Of a stretch of DNA of 64,000 bases, positions 17,901 to 30,262 are shown one piece after another; the first letter of the stretch is position 1, and every line of letters starts with the position of its first letter. Position numbers and translations under genes: made by a program. Source of the DNA: Marsupella aquatica (Eukaryota; Plantae; Marchantiophyta); contig OZ316893.1 in assembly GCA_973895155.1 (NCBI GenBank), forward strand, positions 8,518,963 through 8,582,962. The letters run 5' to 3'. Under the pieces are notes generated by a model, which saw nothing but the letters and a program-made list of their open reading frames with translations, did not search any database and was not told the origin of the DNA.

Positions 17901-18525
17901 TTTGCTGATCCAATGGCTGAGTTTTTCCAGGTTCTTGAATTGGAATTCCCAATCAAGAGTGCTGACAAAATCATGCAGTTGGCCACCTTTGTGAGGCAGC
18001 GCGATGAAACATTGAAGATGATGTATCGCCGGCTTCTCAAGCTGAAGGAGGACACCCAGAGCATCACTGACCTGGAGGCTGCTCATCGCTATCTTCGCGC
18101 AATGGAGGGCACACCAGCTCTCCATTTGCAAGTGTTGCAGCAAGTATTCTCAGAGTTTGGAGACAACTACACATTGCTCAATGTCTATGACACTGCTGAG
18201 AAACTTGAGTTAGCCCATGCACATTATGAGGCCAGTATTGCACGTCCATCGCGATCCAGGTACCAGACTGCTGCCCCTACACTGGCCACTCCTTCACGTG
18301 TGCCACAGTATGGTTCCAAGACCAAGCCAGCACATGTTGCTTTCATGCTGCCATCTTGCAACTACTGTGGTAACCCCAATCACAAGACTAATGAATGTGA
18401 TATTGTGGCTGAGGACCTGTCTTGTGATTTTTGTGGGAAAGTGGGTCACTTGGAGGCCGTTTGTTTTGCCAAATCCCAGAGCGAAAGCAACTACGACAGC
18501 AGGCCCCTCATCCTACTCCTGCTCA
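14915..18525 (+). mobile_element. One-ended LTR-retrotransposon fragment (putative long 5' LTR plus gag) nested in the LINE
   Basis: It begins TGTCATGCC, with a candidate LTR end ...GGAGACA at 17167, and is followed by gag. The LINE reading frame rejoins across the insert (..LRTWEH|MQQRGGTQSNKRAFRALL..). ATATG is duplicated at 14912-14916 and 18526-18530. Confidence 0.75.
17217..18525 (+). pseudogene. Retrotransposon gag pseudogene with two CCHC zinc knuckles
   Basis: One frame runs from ATG 17217 with in-frame stops at 17289 and 17688. It has the capsid-like segment FVRQRDETLKMMYRRLLKL and knuckles CNYCGNPNHKTNEC and CDFCGKVGHLEAVC, and is truncated before protease/RT. Confidence 0.88.
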
Positions 18526-20976
18526 ATATGCTCCCATGTACGCAGACAGCCATCAGAAGAATACACATCTTTCTAATGTCGTGCGTAAGCCTAGGTCATT
18601 GAGAATCTGTTGTTGATTTGTCTTGCATCCCACGATTTGAAGCGACTGGTGAATAATAGAAGGCGACCAAAGAGGCAAATGTAAACAAGCTTTAAGATTC
18701 AGAGGTGTAGTAAACTTTAAGAATAGTTTCAGCTTATTCCAAGATCTGCACATAGCTTTCCAAAGATCCGATCCAGAAGATGGAAGAGTACGACATTTTG
18801 AAAATATCCAAGAATAATCGTTCATCCCCCATTTATGATACGAAAGCAGCCGAATACGAAACCGTAACAGATGTTGTAGGGGTGATCTCCAATCGACATG
18901 GCAAATGTAAAGAACCTAGCAACCAAAGCTACCACCTGACTTTTGAGAGATATGAGCCCCACTCCTCCCTCTTTCTTAGGTAGTGACAGTATGTTAAGAT
19001 GAATTCGATGATGTAGTGAGACCTCTTGTCCTGCCCATAAGAAATTAATCATCATTATCTGAATATCATGAAGTTCTTGATCCAATCTGCTCCATAGAGT
19101 AAGAATGTACCACATTGCTCCCATCAGAATGTGATTCACTGCCAGCACTCTGGCCATAAAAGAGTAAGGTCTTAGCTTAAGTTGTGCAAGCTTCTTACCA
19201 AGAGTCTCTTTTATATATTTCACCATGCCTCCTTTGTCAATTCCCGCTTTGCCAAAGAAGAAACCCAGTAACTGGGAGTAATGATCAGGATTTTCCCAAA
19301 CCCACTTTAGGTCCATCAGATCCTCTGGTAGTGTATCATTACTTAAAAGAATTGCAGTAGCTGTATCCTAGTTACAAGATAGCCCTGACGCAGTAACAAA
19401 TAATCCAAAAAAACTCATGCAATTATTGATATTCTGCCTTCCGCCCTTCAGGATGACAGTAGTATTATCAGCATAGAATTGCTGAGCCAGATGTAGTCCT
19501 TTTGAATGAAACCGTACTCCTTCCAAGAGACCCGATTTGATTCTATTTGAAAGAAGACAATCTAAGCCTTGAATAGCTATTAGAAAGAACAGTGGAGAAA
19601 TCGGACACCCTTGTCGAACCGATCAAGTGATATCAAAGGATGATGAGGTTTTGCCATTGATGATAATGGCTGAAGATGCATTCTTTGTAATTGCTCGAAA
19701 GAAATTGACAAAGAATGCTCTGAAAGCCATGGTACATCCAACATTTTCTCAATAAAGATCCATTCAACACTGTCAAAAGCTTTTACCACATCTAATTTCA
19801 GGCAAACGTAGGGATCAATAGCCTCCATCGCCTGAATCACCATCTCATGAGTTAACAATAAAGTATGATGGATAGACCGACCAGGTAAATAGGCGTATTG
19901 TTGATTCGAGATGATCTTCATCAAGATCTTGACCAACCAGAGTTGAAAACTTTTCGTACCCACTTTATAACTGACAGTGAGTAAAGAAATTGGTCGTTTG
20001 TTCTCAATTTTTAGTTCATCACCCTTTTCCATGAGAAGGATAATGAGACCTTTGAGAAAGCTCTTACTAAAACAACCTTGAGCAATACCGTGCTTTAGAG
20101 CATTCAGTAAGAGAGGACCAAGCATATCCTAGAAGGATAAGAAAAATTCTGCTGGAATCCCATCATGACCCGGGGCCTTGTGCTTACCCAGCGCCTTCAT
20201 TGCAGCATGAATTTCCGCTAGTGTCAAATCCGCTTCCAGCATCATCTTATCTTCTGGGGAGATCCTAATCTTAACATTATCCAAAACTTGATTCAATTCT
20301 GCCTCAGACAATTGATGCTTGGACGACAGTAAGTTGGTAAGTTGAGTGGTGATCCTTGCCATCTCATCCCAATCATGTTGCACCTATCCATTATCATCAT
20401 AGAGACCTTTCAGCTCTATAGTAGATGCTCTTGATTTGAAGGAATTGAATTGTAACTTAGAACAAGAATCTCCATGTTGAATCCAGTTCATCCGCATCAC
20501 TTCTTGAATCCACTTGAGTTTTCCTTCCTCCACCAGTTGTAATTGTTTCTGGCATTCCATGACCCTTCGCTGCATTTCTTCATTCTGAGGGTCATTCTCT
20601 AGATTAACTTGGGCTGTCGCTAATTGAGATTTCAATTCACCAAGCTTAACGAGACGTAACATCGCCTATTTTTCCCCCATACCCGATCGAGATTTTACTA
20701 GGACTAGATATTCTACTAGGACTGATTTTTCCCCCATACCCTAAAAGGGGCAAGACTCTAGCCCTTTATCTGGCGGAACTTTCTTTCTAGTCATCTTGAG
20801 AGTTTCCGACGTAATCAATTCCCGCATCTGTTTGCATAATTGAACATTCATGAAGTGAGCCATATTCATCTTGAATCTGGACGGATACATCACCCGTTCT
20901 CCAGACTTATAACTGACAGAAATCAGATGATGATCCTGAAAACTAGTGAGGTGGTTTCTAAGATAATTCCAGCTCA

Positions 20977-21380
20977 GTAGTTTTCAGGTCTGGGAGTACT
21001 ATGGTACCAGGATGTTTGAAATTGTGGGGGAGAGTAGAGTACTCCACTATTGACAAGAGGGGTGGAGATGGGTGCAGAGTGACTATGGTAGTCTTGAGGT
21101 CTGGGAGTACTACTATACAGGGAAGTTTGAAGTTGCAGGGGAGGTACAGTACTGCAGTATTGATAGGAGGGGCGGAGAGGAGTGGAGGAGAGGGGAGCAG
21201 AGTGACTATGGTAGTCTTCAGGTTTGGGAGTACTATTGTACCACGAAGTTTGAAGTTGCGGGGCAGGGTACACTACTACAGTATTGATGAGAGGGAGGGG
21301 AGAGCTCAGGAGTGACTGCGGTAGTCTTCAGGTCTAGGAGTACTACTGTACCAGGAAGTTTGAAGTTGCAAGGGAGGGGG
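20977..21380 (+). repeat. Right part of the ~110-bp tandem repeat array (about 4 units)
   Basis: Units of GTGACTATGGTAGTCTT.AGGT.TGGGAGTACTA.TGTACCA.GAAGTTTGAAGTTGC.GGG recur at ~21080, 21203 and 21312. Confidence 0.88.
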
Positions 21381-22372
21381 GCAAGGACAGAGAGAGGAAG
21401 GGACCGATGACGCAACACTAGGGCATCTCAAATATGAAGAAAACAAACTGGTGCACCAAAACTGGGTATAACCATGTGGTAATATTTTTGGGCTATCAAT
21501 TTTGAGGGGTTCACTGGAGTGGGTGGGAAAAGTAACTTGAGTTGATGACTACTCTGGAGTTGGGACCTCTTCCTTGTAGCGGTCCGGCCCTCGGTATTGG
21601 TCACTATTCCTGGGCATGACTGGTCTGGTCTCACATTCGATGTGTATCAGTCCTTCCCATTGCCCATGCCCGCAAGTCCCGAGAGGAGTCAAGCATGAGA
21701 TTTTATCATATTTGAGACACCCTACTAAAGGCCAGCTCGCATGTGGCAACCCTGAAGAAAGTGGCCATTAGCACTTGCAAAATCCAATGCAAGAAGCACA
21801 TTTGGACTGGCAACGGGATCTGCTACCCTGCAGAGTCTGTTTTTTGTTTTAATATGAGATCAAAGGTTGAGATCTCAAGGGCCGGAAGGATTCCACAAAT
21901 ATTGTTGTCAAGTCTGGCACAAGATGGGGTTCAAGCATGTAATTCTTGCTCACTCAGATGTTGGCATCTATGAAGTTCAGGGTCACATTCTTCATGACCC
22001 TGCACATGCGAGTTGGGCCTGAGTATTGTCTACCATAGGTGCAACCGTGAGTAGACTCAGATGGGGGTACAATAGAGAGGGCCAGGGGGGATAGGTTGGC
22101 GGTTTTTTATGAGGAGGAATCTAAAGCATCTCCAAAATATTTCTGGAGACATAGGTCATCTGGCGACATAGGTCATCTTGCATGTAGAAGGTCCTCCAAA
22201 ATAGGCCCTTAAGTCAACAGATGTAACTCTATGAGCAAATGAGACATTCATGCCTTATCAACATTCAGCATATTCAATTGCAAGGGCAGACGCAGAGACC
22301 ACATTGAGCCGCATCAGTAGGAATGGTCACAAACAAGAAAATCTAGATATGCATGGGGCTAGTTCTTAGATA

Positions 22373-22665
22373 AATGCACCCTCACCCTCCAAGATTTGTG
22401 GAATGGGAGAGGGGGTAGTCTTCTCCCAAAGTATGGTTCATGGAACCCGCACCCAAACATGCAAAGGACCACACAAAAGAACAGTGAAGAACCTGAGGGG
22501 AGGGAAATACAAAAGACACAAAACAATAGTATGTGAAATACAATGCAAGGCATGTGCATTGGGTTAGTTAGTTAGTTTAATGCACCCTCACCCTCCAAGA
22601 TTAGTGGGAATGGGAGAGGGGTTAGTTTTCTCCCAAAATGCAATTCACTGAACTTGCACCCAAAC
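22373..22665. repeat. Diverged ~85-bp direct repeat, 2 copies, each with a TGGGAGA...TCTCCCA hairpin
   Basis: AATGCACCCTCACCCTCCAAGATT...GCACCCAAACA occurs at ~22373 and ~22579. Confidence 0.8.
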
Positions 22666-22859
22666 ACACAATCTTACTATAAAAGCGTCAACTGAAGCCT
22701 ACTCTTAAGGGCCTAGGTCTAGAACTAAGACTCTAGACTTGTAACTCACAATACAGACAAAACTGATAATGAGGTTCAATAAGGTCAAATTTTTAAACTG
22801 GAATATTAAACAAAAGTGACATTGACTCTAAATAAAGATAAAACTGAAATGAGAACTAA

Positions 22860-23135
22860 CAAAAACCAAAGATAGGCCAAAGACTAGCCAAAATACATAT
22901 AAATTTTCTTATGCAATATTTTCCTGGTACCTATTTAGGTTCAATCATTAGGTCATGGGGCTAGTGGCATAAATGAGGATGGACAAAAAACAAGGATGGG
23001 GCAAAGACTAATCAAAATAACATAGAAAAATTATTGTGCAAGATTGGGTCATGGGGCTGAAATGAAATGAGGATGGACAAAAAACAAACATAGGGCAAAG
23101 ACTAACCAAAATAGCATATAAATTCATTATGCAAG
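22860..23135. repeat. Degenerate ~96-bp tandem repeat (about 3 copies) upstream of glucosidase II
   Basis: Recurring GGTCATGGGGCT...AAATGAGGATGGACAAAAAACAA...CAAAGACTA.CCAAAATA.CATA..AA...ATGCAA blocks. Confidence 0.75.
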
Positions 23136-23520
23136 ACAAACGAAAGAACAATGAAGAAAGTGATGAGACGGAAACTCAGATGAGTGGTTTCTCTCAAAGT
23201 CGTGACGACAACGACGAAGAAATTGAAGCACTGAAAAACGGATCCACGAAATGCAGAAGAGGTACAGTTCAACAGAGAGGACGGAAGAAAGGGAGCACAA
23301 ATTCTGCTGATTGAGAAGGGAATCGAAATCGAAGATCAGAGGTGGAAGTATCTAGAGCAGCAAAGCGAGCTCGAGGATTCGAGCTGCCGCAGGAATTGCA
23401 GGTTTTTTTCGACAACGACGATCGAGAGACGGAGCTATAGATCTGATGATATCATTGACGGGCTGATACAATTCAGAGGCAGGCAGGCAGGCAGACGGGA
23501 TTCAAAGTGGGAAAAAAGAG

Positions 23521-26500
23521 ATGGAGGATCGGGGGAGATGGGCACGGAGAAGCTGTCTCCGGGTGGTGGTCTTGGCGCTGATTGCTGTCCTGGCAGCAAG
23601 CTCCACATGGGTTGTGGACGCATGGAAGAAGGACGAATTCAAGCGCTGCGATCAGACATCCTTCTGCCGGGACGCCAGGGCCAAACCTCCGGGGAGCTCC
23701 ACCGTCTACGTGAGCGAAGTCAATGTCACGAACGGTAGGGTTAGGGCTAGGCTGCAGCAGAGCGTGGGGCAAGAGGGGTCTCTCATTCTCCAGATAATTC
23801 CCTACGAGGACGGCACTGTGCGGTTCAAGGTGAAGGAGGAGCTCGTGGCTAACGGGAGGAAGAAGAGGTTTGAGGTCCCGGATGTGTTGGTGCAGGATCT
23901 GGAGGAGAGGAAATTGTGGATTCAGAGCATTACTGAGAAGGATGGAATGTCTCTCGTGGTTCTGGATGGGTTTGAGGTCGTCCTGGTACACAATCCTTTC
24001 CAGCTTTATGTCAAGCGAGGTGCAGATACGCTCCTCTCATTGAACAGCAAAGGGCTCTTCCACTACGAGCAGCTGCAGGAGTTTCGTGAGGGGGATGATT
24101 GGGATGATACGTTCCGGAGCCACACTGACACTCGGCCAAATGGGCCACAGTCAATCAGTTTTGATGTGTCTTTTCATGGAGCTGATCATGTCTATGGCAT
24201 TCCCGAGCGTGCCTCAAGCCTCTCTCTGCAGCCCACAAATGGACCTGGCATTACTTCGGAACCCTATCGCATGTTCAACTTGGATGTGTTCGAGTTCATC
24301 ACTGAGAGTCCTTTTGGTTTGTATGGGTCAATTCCCGTCATGATGTCTCACACTGTGGAGAGGACCACAGGCTTCTTCTGGCTCAACGCGGCGGAAATGA
24401 GTGTTGATGTGTTTGCTCCTGGGTGGGACGATGGGCATTTTACCCCAGGGAGGATGGTGGACACTCACTGGATTGCTGAGAGTGGCATTCTGGATGCCTT
24501 TGTGTTTGTGGGGCCAGGACCCAAGGATGTCATTCGGCAATACACAAGTGTGACAGGAAAGAGTACCATGCCACAATTCTTCGCCACAGCATATCATCAG
24601 TGTCGCTGGAATTATAAGGATGAGGCCGATGTGGCCGCTGTAGATGCTGGGTTCGATGAACATGACATCCCTTATGATGTTCTGTGGTTGGACATAGAAC
24701 ATACTGATGGAAAGAAGTATTTCACTTGGGATAGCTCTCTGTTTCCAAACCCCAAGGAGATGCAGGCCAAGATTGCTGCGAAAGGAAGACATATGGTTAC
24801 AATCGTGGATCCTCATATCAAGAGGGATAATGGATTTCCATTGCACAAGGAAGCCACGTCCAAAGGGTACTATGTGAAGGATAAGCATCGCCGTGATTAC
24901 GACGGCTGGTGCTGGCCGGGCTCTTCCTCATACCTGGATATGCTTAACCCGGAAGTTCGTTCCTGGTGGGCTGATAAATTTTCGTACGAGAATTATGTTG
25001 GCTCCACTCCTATCCTCTACGTCTGGAACGACATGAATGAACCTTCGGTGTTTAATGGCCCAGAGGTAACGTCTTTCCAAATCAATCTGGCTTGTATGAG
25101 TGCCTCTGATGGAATTTGAGCTGAAGTACATTGTAATTGAAAATAAGAATGGTATCCAGGCATCTTCAGTGGCTTTCAAGAACCCTCGGTTCGGAATGGT
25201 ATTACTGGAAGCAACCTCATTGAGGTAATATCTTCGTAATGATCGTTCCACCAGAAACGGCGTTCTGTGTTTGTTGATCTTCCGTGGTCTCTTGTCCTGT
25301 CGCACTATGAGCTTCGAAGACCTCTCGTGTATCTGTGTGATGTGCTATTTACATCTGCACAAATGATAATTATTCAGGAGTAACTAGTGAATGAGAAAAG
25401 GTTTCTTCTCTGATTTGTTGTGTTTCCTATGTTGGTGCAGGGAAGTATGCCCAGGGATAACGTGCATTATGGTGACGTTGAACACCGAGATGTCCACAAT
25501 GCTTATGGTTACTATTTCCACATGGCAACCGTAGAAGGCCTCCTGAAGCGGGGAAACTATAATGATAGGCCTTTCGTTCTCTCTAGAGCAATTTTTGCCG
25601 GCACCCAAAAAGTTGGTGCAATTTGGACAGGAGACAACACTGCTACCTATGATCACCTAAAGTCCTCTATACCGATGCTATTGTCACTCGGACTTGCTGG
25701 CATCACATTTGCTGGTGAGATTATCTTTCATTGGTACATGGGGAGTTGGTCAGATAATAATTAGAATTACTTAGCTGACTGGCTTTGGTAAGTAATTCCC
25801 AGGTACCCAGAAACTTGAGTACTGTGTTGAGTTGATCTTGCTGAATTTCATTCTTTACAGCTTTTGCTCGACCTTTACAAGCAGTGTATTGAGTAGATAT
25901 CTTATATCTTTATGTAGGAGCGGATGTTGGAGGATTTTTTGGAAATCCCGAGCCCGAGCTGTTGACAAGATGGTATCAATTGGGTGCATATTACCCATTT
26001 TTTCGCGGCCATGCTCATCTTGACACGAAGAGGAGGGAACCATGGATCTTTGGGTAAGCCTTTAAACTTTGTGTACAAGCTCTTAAGTGGACTGTTGACT
26101 TACTCACCTTGCGGCCTACGGATCTTTGCAACATGTCATCCATCGTTGGTTGTTTAGCTTGAATTGATTGTGACGATCTTAGAATATTGGCTTTCTGGCA
26201 ATATCGAAACTTACTTACGCATTGACTCTCCGCTGTTTCTGCAGTGAGCCATATACCTCATTAATACGAGAGGCAATCCATACAAGATATGCGCTGCTTC
26301 CTTATTTCTACACTCTCTTCAATGAGGCCAGTGTGACTGGGCTACCACTCATGCGGCCTTTGTGGCTGGAGTATCCCACAGAGACAGAATCCTTTACGAT
26401 TGAGGATGAATTTTTACTTGGAAGGGACCTATTGGTGCATGGCGTCTTTGCTGATGTGAGTACCCTTCACCCGATGAGCCTGTCATGATTCCTTGAATGC

Positions 26501-27502
26501 CATTGGTGATGCTAGTGAGACAGAGCTTCTTCAGAAATAAAATTTTAAATCTAATAGATGTGACCAAAAGAGTAATAATATAATCATGACCAGTTCATAA
26601 CGAGTTTCTGATTGGACGTTCATCTTTTAATACAGGACGTTACATCAGAGAAGGTTTACTTTCCCGGTTCCGAATCCTGGTTTGATACGAGGAGTGGAAC
26701 TTCATATGCTGGAGGTCAGACAGCAACTGTTCCTGTCACTGCAGATGCAGTGCCTGCATTCCAGCGTGCAGGTAGCATAATTCCCCGGAAAGACAGATTC
26801 AGACGCAGCTCTACTCAGATGGAGTTCGATCCATACACTTTGGTATTCCTTTTCACCCTTTCTGAGTTGAAGCTACTATACTATCTAAGGTGATTTGGAT
26901 CAAGCTCGAAGTCCTTGAATGCAGCTTTGACCTCGTGAAGACCGTCATGAAATTCACTGGAAGTTCTTGAGACGTCATTGTCATAATGTTGTAGAATGGT
27001 GGGCAATATCGTTGATCATTGGGAAGGACCCTTGATCCAGAGGGAGCAGAGCTATGCCTTTGTTTGTGTCGTTCTTGGATGACGCATAGTGAACTAACAC
27101 GCTTTATTTTGCTCTTGGGAACAGGTAGTGGCATTGAATAGCTCATATGAAGCGGAAGGAGAGCTGTACATAGATGATGGCAAGAGTTATGATTTCAGAG
27201 AAGGCGCATTCATTCATCGGCTATTCACTTTTTCAGAGGGACGCATATCTTCGACCAATTTAGCTCCAGCTAAACCTAAGCAAAAAGTTTACCCCTCTCC
27301 ATGCAAAATAGAGCGGATAATTTTGTTAGGACTGAAGCGCAGAGATCTGGCTGCCCATCGGGTGTTGATCGAGTCCCTTGGATCACAGGTACCTGCAGAG
27401 GTTGGTTCGGTTCTCCTTAGAAGCGGAGTTACTGCCAATGCTCTCATTGTTAGGATGCCAAATGTGCCTGTTGCAGAGGATTGGTCAATCAAAGTCTTAT
27501 AG
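23521..27502 (+). CDS. RSW3: ER alpha-glucosidase II alpha subunit (GH31; GANAB/RSW3 orthologue), 6 coding exons
   Basis: Signal peptide followed by [16 protein letters not shown], then [14 protein letters not shown], the GH31 nucleophile motif [22 protein letters not shown] and [12 protein letters not shown] introns start at ~25066, 25715, 26054, 26456 and 26843. Confidence 0.96.
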
Positions 27503-28737
27503 ATTGGATGTCAGGTAGGAAATTAATTGTAAATACCATAGAAGTCAGAAGAAGTCTCTTGTGAACTTTTTCCACCGTGTCTGTGGAGGAATCTTCCAAC
27601 AGGATTCATAGACGTTCACTTGTGAACCCTGTGGAACGAGTCAGCAGTACTGCACGCCATGTCCAGTAAAGAGAAATTAGGTGGAGGCCATTATCTTTCC
27701 ATCAGATGTGGAGAATGCCATGATCACCATACCCCAGATATGACAATTTTTGTGTGGGAGCCCGTCAGCCAACTTCGGCCAAGTTCATCTCGGCTATTTG
27801 TACAAAGTGACTAGATTCACTTGGTGGTGCCCTACGCGTTAATACACCAAATCCTAAGTGGAATGATTGGGGTAACTAGCGTGAGGAACATTGCTGGGTG
27901 ACCACCTTCTGGTTCCTGATGTTTTGATCAATTGTTTTTTTTAATCCCTTGATGAGTTCATGAACTGTGAGCAATTTTGATCAGGTGACATGACTGCTGT
28001 AGATTGTCCATCATTGTTGTGTGAGAAGTGTTGGGCGTGCTATGACTGGGCAAGCAACTGAGCTAGCCACTTTGTCGAACTAAATATGACAATCTAGGGA
28101 GCTGGTAACAAAGCTCATCTGAAAATACGATGGTGGATTATTTGTCTTGAGGATGATGCGACAGCGGCAGAGGAGTTTTGAAAGTTATAGGCTTTTAATA
28201 AATTTCAACGCCTGCGCGGCTGATTCTTTCCTTGTTAGCTTGCACATGCGAGCAAGTCCCTCACTTGGACATCTGTTGTGAATGTGGGATTATTTTTCTG
28301 TGTTCTTCCAAGAAATTGAAGCCAGTTTACGAAATGCTCATATATACTTTTCTAATCCGAATCTGAATAGACTCAGTGAAACCCTCTATTCTGCTTTTAT
28401 ATATATATATATATATATAAGACATAATCTTTGAATTTGACAAGAAAACTAAGACAATCATCTTTGAATTTTTCACGTCACTCAATCCTTGATGAAATGA
28501 GACGTATTGGAAAGAGAGCGCAAAGTGTGTAAAGGCCATTCAAGCCTTTTCTAAGAAGTGACTAATGATGGCGCAAAGTGTGGACTGAGTGATGATCTCA
28601 ATCCTTCATGAAAAGTAGAGATATTAGAGTAGTTGGAAAATTGTTTCAAGCCTCGTCTAGTGCAAAATGGTAGAAGCCCAAGAAGAGCCAATTCAATCAA
28701 AGGTCAAAACTTTAGTAAAAACCTGTGTAAAAGACAG

Positions 28738-29058
28738 GTGTCAATGAGTGAAGGTGTTAAAGTGTCAATGAGTGAGGGTGTAAAATTGTCACCAATCCGA
28801 ACGAAGCTCAAACTTTACTGTTGACAACTTTTTGTAAAAGGAAAAAGTGTCAATGAGTCTTTGCTCCTGAAGTTCATTTAAAAAGGAGAAAGGTGTCAAT
28901 GAGTTTAGATCAAACTGTGCTGTTGAAAACTTTTTGTAAAAGAGAAAGGGGTCAATGAGTCTGCTGTTGAAATCCGTTTGTAAAAAAACAAAGATGTCAA
29001 TGAGTGTAGGTCAAACTTTGCTGTTGAGAACTTTTGTAAAAGAGAAAATGAGTGAAGG
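28738..29058. repeat. Degenerate minisatellite built on GTGTCAATGAGT plus TGCTGTTGA..ACTTTTTGTAAAA
   Basis: About 7 copies of (G)TCAATGAGT at irregular spacing of 24-85 bp. Confidence 0.8.
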
Positions 29059-30262
29059 TGATCCGTAGGGGTTGGTTGCATTGTTCACCGTTTCGTCCGT
29101 TGGAGATCGTACTTCCAAGGACCTCAACTGAGGAAACCTTACTGGCTCGGAAGGGTTTCCTCATGAAGTTCAAGTCTCAAATCACAGTTACCAATTTCGT
29201 TCATAATGCACGTAACGAGTTTCTCTTTTCTCGTTTCCCTGTGTATCTGCAGTGCAAAACTTGAGGAAGGATCAGTGCGGCAAGAGCAATCAATAATGTC
29301 CGGACAAGGTTTCCAGATTTCACCCTCTGCATGTTATGATGTTTACAGTTCAAGGAAATTTCCTTCGGTTTGCGCTCCAGTCTTCTCTCTAGGCTTCTCC
29401 TGTATGGGTACATTAGTCAGTGTGTCGTCTTAGCTTCTTCACATAATGAACAGGGCACATAGTCTGGGCGCAGAGCATGTGTGCACACGTCCGATCAGTG
29501 TCAGCCATGGGAGTTCGTGAGAACTTCGGCTAATGCAGTTGAAGCAAAGAACGAAGCAATAGTAAAGGAGGCTGTTCCTCAAATTGATCCCGACTTACTT
29601 GAGGAGCCCATCGCGATGACATTACGAAGGAGCGTTTCGAGAGTACAGGAACAGAGTCAAAAGAATGAACTACCGCTATTATCCAGAGTTCGATAATCTT
29701 GGTAGTACATCGTTTGATATCCACAGTGTCGTTCAAGACTCAGAAAACATCGAACTGTTCCTTGAAATTGGTGAGCACAATGGAAATTGGTGAGTCGCGG
29801 CTTAACTGGCAAGAGTGAGAGGTCTGGACACCTTTGTCGATTCAAAATTCGGGAACCGGAATCCAAAAACTGTGCATAAATATGAAAATAAGGTACCTTA
29901 TGAACGTGGGAGCTCCAGACAGTCCTTCAGCACATGAAGGACTTGACGAAGGGAACTACTACAGGAGCTCATATGTTTCCCAGTGACGCAGCAAATGAGG
30001 CTTATCACCCGTGCAGAAGCTAAATGACAAAGAATCAGACATCGAACAGAGGGAAACAGAAACGCAAAGGAAAATGAGACAACACGTTGGAACCAAAACA
30101 ACGGGGACCCAAAACCAATTGATTGGTGCAGCTGACGTTTCTGTAGATTGCTTTCAAGAAGAAATACATTTCTCGGACATCTTGAAAGAGACACAGAAAG
30201 ACCTCTAGGTTGCGAAGTCATTGTATCTCTCTTCACGATCCTCTCCTTCCGAATTTCCTAAA

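Larger units (their letters stand above)
13325..20976 (-). mobile_element. 5'-truncated, decayed L1/Tx1-like LINE (end of endonuclease, RT, C-terminal Cys/His region), interrupted by nested insertions
   Basis: Minus-strand peptides SFQDHHL (end of the APE domain), KAPGHDGIPAEFF, RPISLLTVSYK, KLDVVKAFDSVEW, LPKKEGGVGL, CSRC...EDIFHCQWAC and WQIWKARC. A T-run at 13326-13332 is the poly-A tail. A perfect 15-bp TSD GTAGTTTTCAGGTCT sits at 13310-13324 and 20977-20991. Confidence 0.93.

Noticed and set aside
21428-22360. Possible decayed TE coding remnant
   Set aside because: It is CpG-depleted and protein-like in patches, but I could not assign any motif, so it is left unannotated.
28738-29058. 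CRISPR-like appearance of the GTGTCAATGAGT repeats
   Set aside because: The repeat is too short, the spacers are irregular and related to each other, the context is eukaryotic and there are no cas genes.
29129-29163. Hairpin TGAGGAAACCT/GGGTTTCCTCA as a Helitron 3' end or terminator
   Set aside because: No CTRR terminus follows, and isolated hairpins of this size are uninformative here.
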